From the NCBI RefSeq assembly GCF_044704955.1, contig NC_091984.1, positions 143,778,001 to 143,842,000 of the forward strand: a stretch of DNA of 64,000 nucleotides. The letters are read 5' to 3'. Below, one piece after another: positions 1 to 12,371 of this stretch. The notes below the pieces were generated by a model that had not been told where the DNA came from, made no database searches, and saw nothing but the letters and a program-made list of their open reading frames with translations. The number at the start of each line of letters is the position of its first letter. The first letter of the stretch is position 1. Origin of the DNA: Pristiophorus japonicus. Its lineage: Eukaryota. A program made the translations under genes and the position numbers.

Positions 1-2400
1 AGCCATGATCTGTCCACAGTGACATGGGTCCCAAGGTGTCACTTCTCCTGCCCCTGTTTTAGCCAGTGTGTCTGCTTTCTCATTCCCTTCCCACTTGGGC
101 TCTGTCTTAGAGTGTGCTTTGACCTTTTGGATGTAGTCACCCTTCTGGTCCGTACCCTTGACGTGCAAAATGACTTTTAACAATGGAACCATCACCAACC
201 ATTTTCCATCTGAGGACTTAAACCCTCGCCTCGCCAATATGGCTAAATACTCTGTACAGGAGTTAGAAATTAACATGGAGTCTGAACATATCGTATAGGG
301 AGTTGGGAATTCGTTCGGGTGTGTGACTACATACGCTACTGCTGCTAGCTCGGTCTGCTGCGTGCTTAAAGTGTTGGGGATTTTATGGCTTTCTTCATCA
401 CTGCCTCTGGATCGTAAATCCCACAGCCTGTCTTTCTCTCTCTGTTTATTACTGAACTAGACCCATCTACATAGACGTCCCTGCCTGTCAGGTGTTCTCC
501 TGCTCAGAATCCCACATCTACATCCCACACTCCTTCCACTGAACACACATGAGCTGCCCCCGGATAAACCAGGCTCGGGGCGAGCTTTGGTTCTCCTGGC
601 CTCTCGACCTTCAGGTCTAACTGAGTAAGCAACAATGTCCAGCGGGCAATCCTGTTACTGCTCACTGTCCCATCTTTCATTCTATCATCCAGTAACACTT
701 GTGTCATGGTGTGACAGGTCAGTAAAGTTACTGTAGCTAACCCTGTGAGCGATCGAAAATGCTTCACTGCCCAAAATGTTGCTAACAGATGTCGTTCGCA
801 ATTCGAAAAGCTCTTTTCTATTTCGGTGAGAACTCGGGAGGCGTAGGCCACCTGTCTCAGCTTGCTGTGTCGCTCCTGGAGTAACACTGCACTCAAACTG
901 TCCCCAGTCATTGCTACCTCCAGACTAAAGTCCTGGTCCCCATTTACTGCTCCCGATGCTGATGCTGTCTGTAACACCTCTTTTAACCAAATGAAAGTTT
1001 CCTGACAAGTCTCACTCCATTCCCACTCTACTCCTTTCCTAAGAAGCCTCAACAAAGGAGCTGCCATGGTAACATATCCCTTTATGAATTCCCTGCAGTA
1101 ACCCGTTATTCCCAGGAAAGACCTTACTCCAGACACGTCCTTAGGAACAGGCAGTTCCTGGACTGTCTTTCTCTTAGCTCTATCGATGGCCCTTTCTCCT
1201 GCCCTAATGGTCAAACCTAGAAACTGCACCTCCTCTTTGCCTATTTGAGCTTTCTTGGGACTGACTTTAAAACCTGCTTCTTTCAACAAATGCAGTAACT
1301 AACTCAATAATGGCCTGTGGTCCTCCGCACTTTCGGAGAATAACAACAGGTCATCCACGTATTGGACCAACCGGTCTGGCTGACTAAAACCGTTTAATGC
1401 CTCGGCCATACTTTGGTGAAAGATCGAGGGACTGTTGTGAAACCCTTGTGGAAGACATGTCCACGTATACTGCTGACCTTTAAAGGTAAAGGTAGATTTA
1501 TACTGGTCCTCCCGTCTCAGGGGAATGGACCAAAACCCGTTTGAAATGTCCAGCACGGTGAAAGTTGTTGTGGCCGCAGGGATACTCCCGATCAAATCCG
1601 CTACCACTGCTACCGTGGGCGCACAGGCTGGAATATTTTTATTCAGGATTCGGTCATCTACCGTGGCCCTCCATGAGTTATCGGGCTTCTTTACTGGCCA
1701 TAGGGGTGAGTTTACATGTGTGGCTATGGTCCTCAACACACCTTGATCCACCAGGGAATTTATAGCAGTTTCCAAATCCCTTTCTGCTTCCCGGGGAAAA
1801 TTATACTGTTTCTAGGGTCGTGTCATCGAATCCCCATCTATCTTCACCTCTACCCCAGATACTCTCCCGCAATCGTGCTTGTGCATTGCAAACGCATCCA
1901 TATTCTCCCGTACATACCTTGATACCGGGCCGGAGTGTTATCGACTAATCGTTCTCAGTCATAACTCCCTTTCGGCTTCATCGTGCAGGTGCTGCCTTTG
2001 TCTGTACTGTCCCTGGGAATCACTACGATCTCTCCCATCTTATCTGCATCAACTGTCCCCCATAGACAATTGTTTTCCATACCCACTATGGTGTGGTGTG
2101 TCAACATTTAGTCGGCCCCGAGAACTCCCGAACCGGGCTGTTCCCACTTCATTAAAATGCCCTCCCATTTCATTATGTTCGGCCCTAACTCTACGGTTAA
2201 GGGTTTCCACACTGCCCCAGCCTGCTCATTACCCGTAAAACCCACCAGTGTAAATGGGACTCAGCTCGACCACGGGGAAGTGGTCGGATTCGGTGAGTGG
2301 ACAACCGTGCTAGAGGCTCCTGTATCTACTAGATCCCTTCCCCTAACTGTTTCCACCTTCACATCCACACATGACCTGCCCCACCCATCATATATGAGCA
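1..2400 (-). pseudogene. pol: pro-pol: aspartic protease, reverse transcriptase, degenerate RNase H tether and a second, retroviral-type RNase H
   Basis: LVDTGASSTVV at about 2300-2335; ORFs 1299-1775 (NSPLWPVKKPDNSWR, LDISNGFWSIPL, YVDD) and 504-1289 (VAYASR, CERHLLATFWAVKHF). Manual translation of 60-480 gives YVDGS, TELAAV, SDS, KVKAHS and GNEKADTLA, with one frameshift. Confidence 0.9.
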
Positions 2401-2499
2401 GACACAGGTATTCTGGCTGGGCGCACCGTCACAGAGGGGGTGCCGACACATTGGGTCCCTTTTCTCCCACTGCTGCGTCCAGCTTTCCTCCACCCGTGC

Positions 2500-5400
2500 C
2501 CATAACCTGCTGTAATGCGGCCACTAAAACCTGCACTGGGTCGTCGGCTACCTTCTTCTGGCCTTTTCCTGCCTCAGCACCTCGTACCCTGGCTTCCCTC
2601 CTTTAGAGAGCCTACAATCCTTGCTCCAGTGTCCCAACTTCCCACAGTTAAAACATTCACCTTTAGATCGACCCGCATTACCTCCCTCTTGTCTCCATTC
2701 TTTCTATGGCCTAACCTCTCCTTTTACTTCGTGCACCTTCCCGTTTAGTTTCTCCTCCTCCCCTTGCCTAGACTTAAAGCTAGAGTTAATCTTCTCAGCA
2801 CCCCTGCCTCTGTATTCTGGAGATGGTCTGGGTCAAACCATGCTTTGACCTTTGCTCTGAGCCGTGGCAAACTGTTACCATTACGGTTCTCAGCCAATGG
2901 TCCCTGGGTTCCCCTATTAAATCTGCCCGTACCAGATTTCCTACAGCAGCCCTAAAATAAATCGCCCACAGTCTGTCTGCAAACGTATCGGGTGATTCGT
3001 TTACTTGCTGCCTAGTCTGTTCTACCTGCCAGAACGGACTACCCTGACTGTACCCGAGCACTGCCATCATTTGCTCCTTTAAGCCCTGTGGGGTTCCTGC
3101 ACCTAACTTGGTGGCTGTCGACAAGCTCTGATAAAGCTTCCCCTCCAGCGAGAGCAGTGTTAGCTTCACTTTCTCCTCCTCGCTGCAGTTATTGATACCC
3201 GCTATCTGCTCTATATTAGTAAAATGAACAGAGGCATCTCCTCCTTGCTTTAACTGTACTACACCCGTCAGCATCTCCTGCAGCTGAAGCGGTGTGTATG
3301 GGATCACTAGTCGCTCTGTAATGGTGCCAGACCACCATTTGGGGGGGTGGGCTGAATTTCTGCTGTCTCAAAGGACACATCGGTTTCAGGGGTCCCGGTG
3401 CCTCGGGAGCCGGCTGATTTTTTTTTTATTTCAAAATATACTTTATTCATAAAAAGAATCTGTACAGTACATTCAATGGTATTTCATTACATTTCGCTGC
3501 GGTCAGCAATCCCATACAATACATCTGGGTGCCGACGGCAGTTTCGTTCGTTACATTTCTCGTTTTTCTGTTCAACTGCGATTCAGTGCAATAAACAGGG
3601 TACATTGTGGTACATTTACTCAAATTACATTTCATGTGTTACAATACAGAGCCCGGAATGGGTGATGGTACATTTACATTTTTTCTTTTCAAACTTGCAT
3701 TTCATAACACACCTTACATTGTACATGGCACGACATTGGTGTTTACAGGTTTGGTGCTCTATGTACACAAAGTGTAAATTACAAATACAAATACAAATAC
3801 AGCCCGAGGGAGTTTGGTGCTGATTTCTGCCCCCGGGTTTTCCGTGGCGGAAGGGTTTTAGACTGTGGCCCTACCCCACCGTGCCTTTGCGGCGACTGCA
3901 CCAATTTTCAGTGCGTCCCTCAGCACGTATTCCTGGATCTTGGATTGCGCCAGTCTGCAACATGCGGACGTGGTCATCTCCTTGTTCTGGAAGACCAGCA
4001 AGTTTCGGCAAGACCAAAGAGCGTCTTTGACCGAGTTGATGGCCCTCCAGCAGCAGGTGATGTCTGTCTCGGTGTGTGTCCCTGGGAACAGCCCGTAGAG
4101 CACAGAGTCCTGTGTTACGGAGCTGCTTGGGATGAACCTCGACAGCAACCACTGCATCTCTTTCCAGACCTGCGTCGCAAAGGCGCAATCCTGAAGGAGA
4201 TAGGTGACAGTCTCGTCCGCCCCGCAGCCGGCCCGGGGGCACCGTGCCGTGCTGCTGAGGCGTCGGCTGTGCATGAACACTCTGACGGGTAGGGCCCCCC
4301 CTCACCGCCAACCAAGCTACGTCTTGGTGCTTGTGTGTGAGCTTTGGCGATGAGACGTTCTGCCAAACAAGTTCGACAGTCCGCTCAGGGAACCACCCGA
4401 CAGGGTCCACCGTCTCCTTCTTTCGGAGGGCGTCCAGGACCTTACGTGCTGACCACTGTTTGATGGCCTTGTGGTCAAAGGGGTTTCTTTTGAAGAACTT
4501 TTCCACGAAGGACAGGTGGACAGCATGGTCCAACTGGTGGGGGCGTTTCGCGGCAGCGTGGCCAGACCCATCCTTCTCAACAATGGGGACAGGTAGAACC
4601 TCAGCACGTAGTGACACTTGGTGTTTGCGTACTGGGGGGCTGTGCATAGCTTGATGCAGCCGCACACAAAGGTGGCCATCAGGATGAGGGCCACATTCGG
4701 AACGTCCTTTCCTCCACTGTCCAGAGATTTGTACATCGTGTCTCTGCGGACACGGTCCATTTTGGATCTCCAGACAAAGTGGAAGACGGCTCGGGTGACT
4801 GCCGCAGCGCTGCAGCGTGAGATGGGCCAGACCTGCGCCACGTACAACAACACCGAGAGTACCTCGCTCCTGATGACCAGGTTCTTGCCTGTGATGGAAA
4901 GGGAGCGCTGCTCCCAAAATGACAGTTTCTGTCTGACCTTGGCAATGCGCTCGTCCCAGTTTTTGGCGCACGCCCCGTCCGCTCCGAACCATATTCCCAG
5001 CACCTTCAGGAAATCTGGCTTGACGGTGAAGGGAATGGAGGCTCGGTCGGTCCAGTGACCAAAGAGCATGGCCTCGCTTTTGGTGCGGTTGACCTTTGCT
5101 CCCGAGGCCAGTTCAAACTGGTCGCAGATTGCGAGCAATCTGCGGACCGACTGTGTGTCCGAGCAAAAGACGGCGACGTCGTCCATGTACAGCGAGGTTT
5201 TGACCTGGGCGCCTCCGCTGCCTGGGATCGTCACCCCTCTGATGCCCGCGTCCTTCCTGATGGACTCGGCAAAGGGAGCCGGCTGATGCTCGTGATACTC
5301 GGGCCCATCGTCTGACTCTTTCCCCTCTGGATCCCAATCTTCCTCGCCTGTTCCGGGTGCCCTGAGACAAACCATCCCTTTGGTCCCGTCTAACTCTGCC

Positions 5401-5954
5401 GTTAATTGGTGGATCTTTTCCTTACAAGGTCCGTGTTCTGCTCTCGCGTAACCCTGTTTCTGGGCTACCTGATAGGCTATCGACTCTCCTGAGCTGGTCC
5501 TCTGCCTCTTTGGCTCTTTCTAAATGCCTTTCACTTTGTTCAATGTGGGTCTGCTGCTGCTTTTTGCACTCGGTCACCTGGCATTGTAAATACTCAAAGT
5601 GATTCCGTGCCGTTTCTTCCTTCCTACCCCGGTCCTGCCTTTCCTTCTCCAAACTGCCTACCTCGCCCTTTAACCCTTTATTCTCCTTCTCCAGCTTTCC
5701 TATCCTTTCTCTGAACAGTTGTGTCTGCTTCTGCAGGCACATGAGCCAAACCTCCTTTTTTGACCCTTTGTGGTTACTACTGACTGTCCACTCTGCTGTT
5801 TTTCCTGCGGATCCCCAGAGTGCAGCATTTCCCGTGCCCATAGCCCTGAAATGTTCAATTTGTTGCCTATATATCCAGCTACCTTAGCCTCCATGGACTT
5901 CCTACGATGGCTGTTAGCTGCGGGCTCTACCACGTTTTGCTGCGGTGAGCCCAT
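2500..5954 (-). pseudogene. gag: gag (N-terminal coiled coil, capsid-like region, one CCHC zinc knuckle), interrupted by a Tx1 LINE
   Basis: ORFs 5700-5954 and 5422-5841 (heptad-rich LFRERIGKLEKENKGLKGEV), 2795-3307 (MHR-like QQVNESPDTFADRL), and CFNCGKLGHWSKDC at about 2612-2657. Confidence 0.8.
3418..5273 (-). mobile_element. 5'-truncated Tx1/L1-clade LINE inserted in gag
   Basis: RT C-terminus (SLYMDDV, GKNLVIRSEVLS), C-terminal Cys-rich domain, poly(A) seen as poly(T) at 3418-3430, and a 13-bp TSD GGGAGCCGGCTGA at 3405-3417 and 5274-5286. Confidence 0.92.
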
Positions 5955-5974
5955 TTCCAGTGCCTCTGGCTGAG

Positions 5975-6700
5975 AAATTCTCCCTGACTACCTTGGTGTC
6001 CCCTGAGACCACCTCGCAGTGTCCTGCGGTTCCTGTTACTCTGGCTTCTCTCTGTGGCTACCCTAGTCGACCCGAGACTACTCCGGCCTGTCAGAGACTT
6101 TCTCTCCTGGTCCCCTAGTCACCCTTGAGATCACCTTTGGCCTCCCTGAGATGACCCCGTGACAATATTGGCTTTTCTCTGTGACTATCCCAGTCAACTG
6201 AGATTACTCCAGACTATCCGAGACTGTTTCTCTCCTCAGGCTGCCCTGGCCGCCCGTGAGATTATCCCTGGCCTCCCTGAGACCCCTGTGCAGACTACCT
6301 GCGATTACTTCTCCCGGTTGCTGCCCTAGTCAGCCGGAGCTCTTCTGCTACTCCTGGTCCCCCTTGAGATTCCCTTGGTCTCCCTGAGACCCCTTCGCAG
6401 ACTACCTGCGGCTTTCTCGGTGGCTACACTTGTCAACCCGGGATTATTCTAGCCTACCCAAGACTGTTCCTTCCTCTGCTGGCTGCCCTAGCTGCCCTTG
6501 AGAGTACAATGGTCTCCCTCAGACCACTGAGCAACTACCTGAGACTTCTTTTCTCAGTGGCTACCCTAATCGACGGAGACGACTCAAGCCTATCAGACCC
6601 TGTTACTCTCCTGGTCGCCCTAGCCGCCCTTGAGAAGATCCTTTTCGATCACCTTAGCTGACCTTAGACATAACCAAGCCTCCCTCGGGATTTTTGCTCT
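5975..6700 (-). repeat. Degenerate internal repeats in the ERV 5' leader
   Basis: Recurring motifs such as gtggctaccctagtc, tccctgagacc and actacctgcg. Confidence 0.55.
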
Positions 6701-6734
6701 GGTATGTGTCCGTGATACTATTCCCAAAGCCGAG

Positions 6735-6752
6735 GTCCTGCCGCGGTCACCA
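6735..6752 (-). promoter_or_regulatory. Primer binding site complementary to the 3' end of tRNA-Arg(UCG)
   Basis: The - strand reads TGGTGACCGCGGCAGGAC, 5 nt after the LTR end CCTACA. It matches the recalled vertebrate tRNA-Arg-TCG 3' end GTCCTGCCGCGGTCGCCA with one mismatch. Confidence 0.75.
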
Positions 6753-8076
6753 ATTTCTGTAGGTTGTTTTTCACTCTACTCTGATTCTTAGGCCTGGGAA
6801 CTTGTAGTGGGAAAGGACAACACGTGGTACAACATTTAGGCTTCACCCAGTGTCAGTTTTATTATGCACAAAAACCGTCGAAAACTACAGGACTAGACTT
6901 CTGAGAGAAATCGACTGAAATCATACAATTGCCCTTCCTGGCTGTAGCTATTGTAGGTTCGTGGTCATTGGTTCCGTGACCGGTTGGTTCTTCTTCTGGC
7001 CGTTCTCTGCAGTGCTGTTACTTCTGTGTACGTTCCGTACAACATGTTCCTCCGTCCATTCATCTGTTCGTGCTTTCGACCTGTGTCCATCTGTACAGGT
7101 GTCCTTCTACTTCTTCTGTGTGCTTCTTCTTCCGTCTGTTCCTGTCCTTGTTCCATCTCCTGCTGAGCTGCTTCTATCTCACATATTTATATCCAGGTTA
7201 TGACTGATCTCCCGCCACTGCGCTTTCTGATAAAGTGTTTGCATCAATACATTGTTTTGTGGTCCCCTTGGTTGATTGATTACAATAATGAACTCGTCTG
7301 TTTTCCCATTTGCACACTGAGTCTGCAAGGCTCAAGTTGATTTCTCATCTTAACACCTCATCCTAAAAAATGTGCAACTGTTGTGGTTCCTTTGTTGTCA
7401 GGTCCTTTTACAGACCTGGGGCTAGAACCTCCTCTTTTATTGCCTGTTTAATGCCCACTTAACACCCATTTTACCACTGAAATGACATATAACGCCCAGA
7501 TATCACCCATTTTGGCACAAAATGGAAACTGACGGGCTTTTTTAGGAGACTTGTCGCCGAGCGTTACTTTCCCAATGGGCTTAACGCAGAGAATAAATAT
7601 TATCGCCCGCCTACTTTTTTGGGGCGAAATCAGCAGAATGGGCAAATTCAACGCCCATATTATCACTCAGCGTTACTTTCCTCATGGAATTAACGCCGAG
7701 ATTCAACATTAACACCCGCCGACTGTTTTTTGTCATGAAGAGCATATTTACCCAAAGTAACGGCCATGGAGATCACCCACCGTCAATTTCACCACCTCGT
7801 ACACATATCGCTCACAATATCGCTCGCTCAAAAAACCACCCACAAAAAGTGGAACTAACCAGAACGAATCACAGCGTTATGGACGCCGTGATGTAGATCA
7901 CATGTCGCGTCCTTTCACCTCGACAGAGTTCGGATGTACTCTGCAGGTCGTTGGAGTTGATTTGAACATCTCTGAAAACATCTTGACCACACTGTGACCG
8001 ATTGGAATTGAAGAGGTGTGCTCGTCGGGACATTCTTTGATTGTGTGCAATCGGTGACAGACAGAGAGCTACTGCA

Positions 8077-9264
8077 ATGGGGCCTGTCCTTTCTCACCCT
8101 CTCTTGGTGACCAAATATATGCAGCAGACTCAACATCGCTGAAGGAACGCGACATTGCATTATGTGCCCAATGTACAAAATAACGGTCAGATGAGGAGGA
8201 CCAGACGTTACACCCCCCGGATAGGAGAAGCATTCTTACCTCGACTTGCCTGACACCACCTGCCTTCGGAGACTGCGCTTCCACAAAGAGGTTATCACTG
8301 AGGTATGCCAGCTGATAAGGGCAGGCCTACAGTCTACCAGCACCATCAGAACTGCACTGTCCATCGAGGTCAAAGTCACCACGCCACTATCGTTCTATGC
8401 TTCGGGTTCTTTTCAGGCCACAGCTGGCGACATTTGCAGACTTTCTCAGCATGCCACACATTGCTGCATTAGACAGGTCACTGAAGCCCTGTACGCACGC
8501 AGGAGGGACTTGATCAGCTTCCCTATGACCAGGAAGGCACAGAGTGAGAGGGTTCGAGGTTTCTCCAGAATTGCAAACTTCCCCAAGATGCAGGGAGCAA
8601 TAGACTACGCACATCGCGATGTGGGCACCTTTTCAGGATGCCGCAAGGGATTCCACTCCCTGAATGTCCAGCTGGTTGTCGACCACCAGCAAATTATACT
8701 GGCAGTGAATGCTCAATTTCCGGGCAGCATCTATGCTGCACACATCCTGCATGAGAGCATTGTATCTGACTTGTTTAACATTGAGCCACAAGGTTAATGC
8801 TGGAAACTTGGGGCCAAAGGATATGGCCTTGCCACCTGGCTGATGACCCCCTGCGTGACACCCACACTGAGGCCGAGAGGTGATACAACGAGAGCCACAG
8901 AGCAACTCGCAATATTGTGGAGAAAACCATTGGAGTGCTGAAGCAGCGCTTTCGATGCCTGGACCACTCAGGTGGTGAGCTCCAATACTACCCTGAGCAG
9001 GTAGCTCAATTCGTGGTGATGTGCTCCATGCTGCACAACTTGGCTATCAGGAGGGGACAAGAATTGTCTGATGAGCCTGACAGTCCACCTCACCAGAGAG
9101 AGGAAGAGGAGGACGAGGAGGCGGACGCCGACATCAGGTCAGACAATCAGGCTGATGCTGAAGCCATGCCCCCGCCCTTCTGTAGATCGCATGAAAGGGC
9201 CCATGGTGGCATGATAGCTGCAAGCGCCTTACGCCAGGAGCTCATCAATGATCGCTTTGCCTGA
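8077..9264 (+). pseudogene. Harbinger DDE transposase (HARBI1-like), frameshifted
   Basis: ORFs 8246-8797 (FYASGSFQ, QGAIDY, KGFHSLNVQLVVD, FPGS) and 8917-9264 (EKTIGVLKQRFRCLD, CSMLHNLA). Confidence 0.88.
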
Positions 9265-9539
9265 AAGAACGTTGGTGTTATTTCCACAGCTGACACACTG
9301 CTGGGTGTGCAGGTCATAAATTAATTGTGGGCATCACCTTGGTGACTGTTAAAGTTTACTTTGATTATATCCTTTGATGTTAACAAATCACCAGCGTGTT
9401 ACGGTACAGCTATCTGAGCCAATGTGCTGCAAGGTTTTGTTCAATAAAAAACATTTAAACCGAACATTAGTCTGAAATCATCAGTATTTCTGTACAAACC
9501 AACCCTTCCCCCCACCCACCCCACTTCTCCTCCCCAACT

Positions 9540-10075
9540 CTACCCCTTCCCCTTCCCCTTCTGACTCCAAGCCGCCTGACCGCGGAGGTTCTCAGGCGAT
9601 GCTTCATTGTGAGGTGGGTGGTGATGGACAAAGCACTGCTTGGACGGATATGGGAGAAGATGGTCCCAAGGTGGGAACGTGCTTCGAGCCAGAAGCGAGA
9701 TGTTGCTCCTGGCTCTCATGTGTGGTTGGCAATGGGGTTGCGTCACCTTGGGGTGTAGTGCGGCACTCCGGGATCACTGGGAGCCCTCTGCCACCAGTGT
9801 TCCTGGCTACCAGCTCCAGGGCCTCCTCCATCCCTTACATTTTATATGTTACTTGTGGGACAAAAACTCGACGCCAACTATGTTCTTGGTGCTTAGTGCG
9901 CTTTTTGCTGCTGGTGAATCTCCCTCGTGCCTCCCACAACAGCCAGACAGGCACACACCACAGCCACACACGCTTTCAGTGCCTCTGAGCTCCCTCTCTC
10001 TCTGTCTCCTCTTCTGCGTATGTCATGGTTACCCTTGACCTCCAGAATCGAGGGAATGGACCATTGCCATGCTGT
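9540..10075 (-). pseudogene. Remnant of the convergent second Harbinger gene (normally Myb/SANT-like); Myb domain not visible
   Basis: Position and orientation opposite the transposase inside the TIRs; Pro/Ser-rich ORF pieces 9540-9831 with a basic tail. Confidence 0.45.
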
Positions 10076-11017
10076 GGCTAAGGACGACCACACTTTACAA
10101 CAGAAGGTCAGAAAAATTTAACGCTGCCGCCCATTTGAACTCGTTCGCGGTAACGCCCATTTTCAAAGATGTAAACTAAGTGTTTTGAGAATGGGCGAGA
10201 AGCCGGCGATCTGAAAATCCTTTTTTACCACCCACGCCGGAAATCACGCCCATTTTTGGGTGCTAAGCTCAAAAGTGGAGGTTCTAGCCCTTGGTGTCTC
10301 CGGTGAGCTTGTTTTCCGCACCCTGGTCAATCAAGTTCAGGGCCTCACGTAACAACTCCATTCTTGTTATGCATGGAGTCAGTTTTAGTTCCTGACCACA
10401 GAATGTCCTTAATTGTCCAGCTTCTTTCCAAAAGCTGGTATTAAGCAATTTTTAGTTCAAGGTCTCCTTCTGTGATTTTCTGAAGATTGGTAACCTTACA
10501 CACAACACCTCACCTCTCCCACCCCCCAAAACCGCCCCTCGCCCAACCCCAACACCGCCCCCAACTCCCACCCCCAACACAACTCCTCTCCATCCCCCAA
10601 CACCGTCCCTCTCCCAACTCCAACACCCACCTTAAACTGACACACACAGCAGGCAGGACTTATATGGGCACATGACCCCCCAGGGGACACATCACCACTG
10701 AGGGCTCATGTCCCCTGGCCTCACAATGGAAACCATGGCAACACAGAAACCACAGGGGTGGACCAATCACAGCAAAGTGCTACAGACTGTGCATTTGTGC
10801 CTGAGAGAGCAACGAGGAGAGAGCTTCAATCTATTTAACCCTTCGATCCCTGGCTGCCGTCTGAAAACTAAGCCCGAGTTGGCAGAGGTGGTGACTACAT
10901 TATTCCCGCTGTTATTCTGCCCCCTGCTCATTCATCTCAACCCCTGTGTTAATGTTTCTCTGCTCAATGGTACTGCTCCCCACGGCAAATCCAACCAGAG
11001 AGATTTCTCAGCTGGGT

Positions 11018-11347
11018 ATGAAACATGGAGAAGCAGAGATGGGCATGGACTGTGTGGGGGCACTAAAGGACCCACTGGCTCCGACCAATAATAAAACAGT
11101 CAGTAAGGACACGGTGAAAAGTGGGGGATGGGATCAGATGATGGACCTGGGCAAGTCCGACAAGGAGGCTGTCCTGCCGGCCAGAGCAATGGTGAAATAC
11201 TCTGGCCTCAGCCTGCCTGGCATTGTGGAAGGGCAGTCAGCTCCGATCATTACCAGCCCAGACTGTCAGCCAATCACCGTGGCTTCCTCCTTCGGAGAGT
11301 TGTTCAAATCTCCACGGGTTTCACAGCTGCAGCTCACAGACACGCTG
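11018..11347 (+). other. Candidate orphan first coding exon of an unidentified gene (110 codons, phase-0 donor)
   Basis: ATG at 11018, open frame to CTG|GTGAGC; non-repetitive sequence; RFX-like and CCAAT motifs about 270 bp upstream. Confidence 0.4.
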
Positions 11348-11447
11348 GTGAGCAGATTGTTGGGGTGTTTGCTCTACACTTGTCCAGTTTCTGTGTGTCA
11401 CGGGCCTGGGCAACTTTACAATTGGAGCCCATTACTGGTCTCATAAA

Positions 11448-12138
11448 GTGATGGGCACATTGATTAGTCTGAGCTTTCGACCACACATCCGCAGCATAAC
11501 TAAGACCATCTATTTCCATCTCCGTAACATCGCTGGTCACCACCCCTGCCTCAGCTCATCCGCTGCTGAAACCCTCATCCATGCCTTTGTTACCTCTAGA
11601 CTCGACTATTCCAACGCTCTCCTGGCTGGTCTCCCAGATTCTACTCTACTTAAACTAGCGGTGATCCAAAACTCTGCTGCCCGTGTCCTAACTTGCACCA
11701 AGTCCCGCTCACCCATCACCCCTGTGCTCACTGACCTACATTGGCTCCTGGTTAAGTAATGCCTCCATTTCAAATTTCACATCCTTATTTTTGAATCGCT
11801 CCATGACCTCGCCCCTCCCTATCTCTGTAATCTCCTCCAGCCCCACAACCACCTCGAGATGTCTGAGCTCCTCTAATTGTGCCCCCCTGATTATAATCGC
11901 TTAACCATTGGTGGCCATGCCTTCTGTTGCCTGGGTCCCAAGCTCTGGAACTCCCTCCCTAAACCTCTCCGCCTCTCTACCTCTCTTTCCTCCTTCAAGA
12001 TGCTCCTTAAACTCTATCTCCCTGCCCTAATTTCTACTTATGCGGCTCAGTTTCAAATTTATATCGCATAATACTCCTGTGAAGCACCATGGGATGTTTC
12101 ACTACGTTAAAGGTGCTATATAAATACAAGTTGTTGTT
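11448..12138 (+). mobile_element. L2-clade LINE 3' fragment
   Basis: ETLIHAFVTSRLDYSNALL, QNSAARVLT and LHWL motifs; tail ataaatacaagttgttgtt. Confidence 0.85.
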
Positions 12139-12371
12139 GGGAAAAACAGAACCACAACTGTTTGTCGATAAAACCCACGCAAGGATCCAACCACTCTGCG
12201 ATGCCGTGTGATAAAGTGCGGGCTGAAGCTCTCAGTGTGCTGGGGAACTTGGCCATGGGGGGAATCGGAGGGTCCAGGTGTTGCTGCACCTGGATGGAAA
12301 CAGTGAGCAGGTCACCAGGTCCTGTTGTTCAACACTGCGCTCGGTATTCCCACGTATTGGATCTGCCGAGG

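Larger units (their letters stand above)
7419..10290 (+). mobile_element. PIF/Harbinger DNA transposon with intact TIRs, decayed transposase and an internally deleted second ORF
   Basis: TIRs GGGCTAGAACCTCC(T/A)CTTTT at 7419-7438 and 10271-10290; 3-bp flanks CTG and TTG; DDE transposase ORFs inside. Confidence 0.9.
1..10500 (-). mobile_element. Endogenous retrovirus-like LTR element, 5' half (LTR-PBS-gag-pro-pol; integrase and env would lie left of the window); degenerate, with two nested insertions
   Basis: Order on the - strand: LTR, PBS, gag with CCHC knuckle, protease LVDTGA, RT (LPQGFHNSP, QYVDDLLL), tether domain, RNase H. Several stops and frameshifts. Confidence 0.9.
6758..10500 (-). 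repeat. ERV 5' LTR (about 870 bp), split into 6758-7418 and 10291-10500 by a Harbinger insertion
   Basis: Termini on the - strand are TGTAAGG and CCTACA; TATA-like ATATAAATAT at about 7183-7192; AATAAA at about 6858-6863; PBS adjacent. Confidence 0.75.

Noticed and set aside
8077-9264. Domesticated HARBI1 gene or RAG-like transposon
   Set aside because: Frameshifted and bounded by Harbinger TIRs; no RAG1-core motifs or RSS-like ends.
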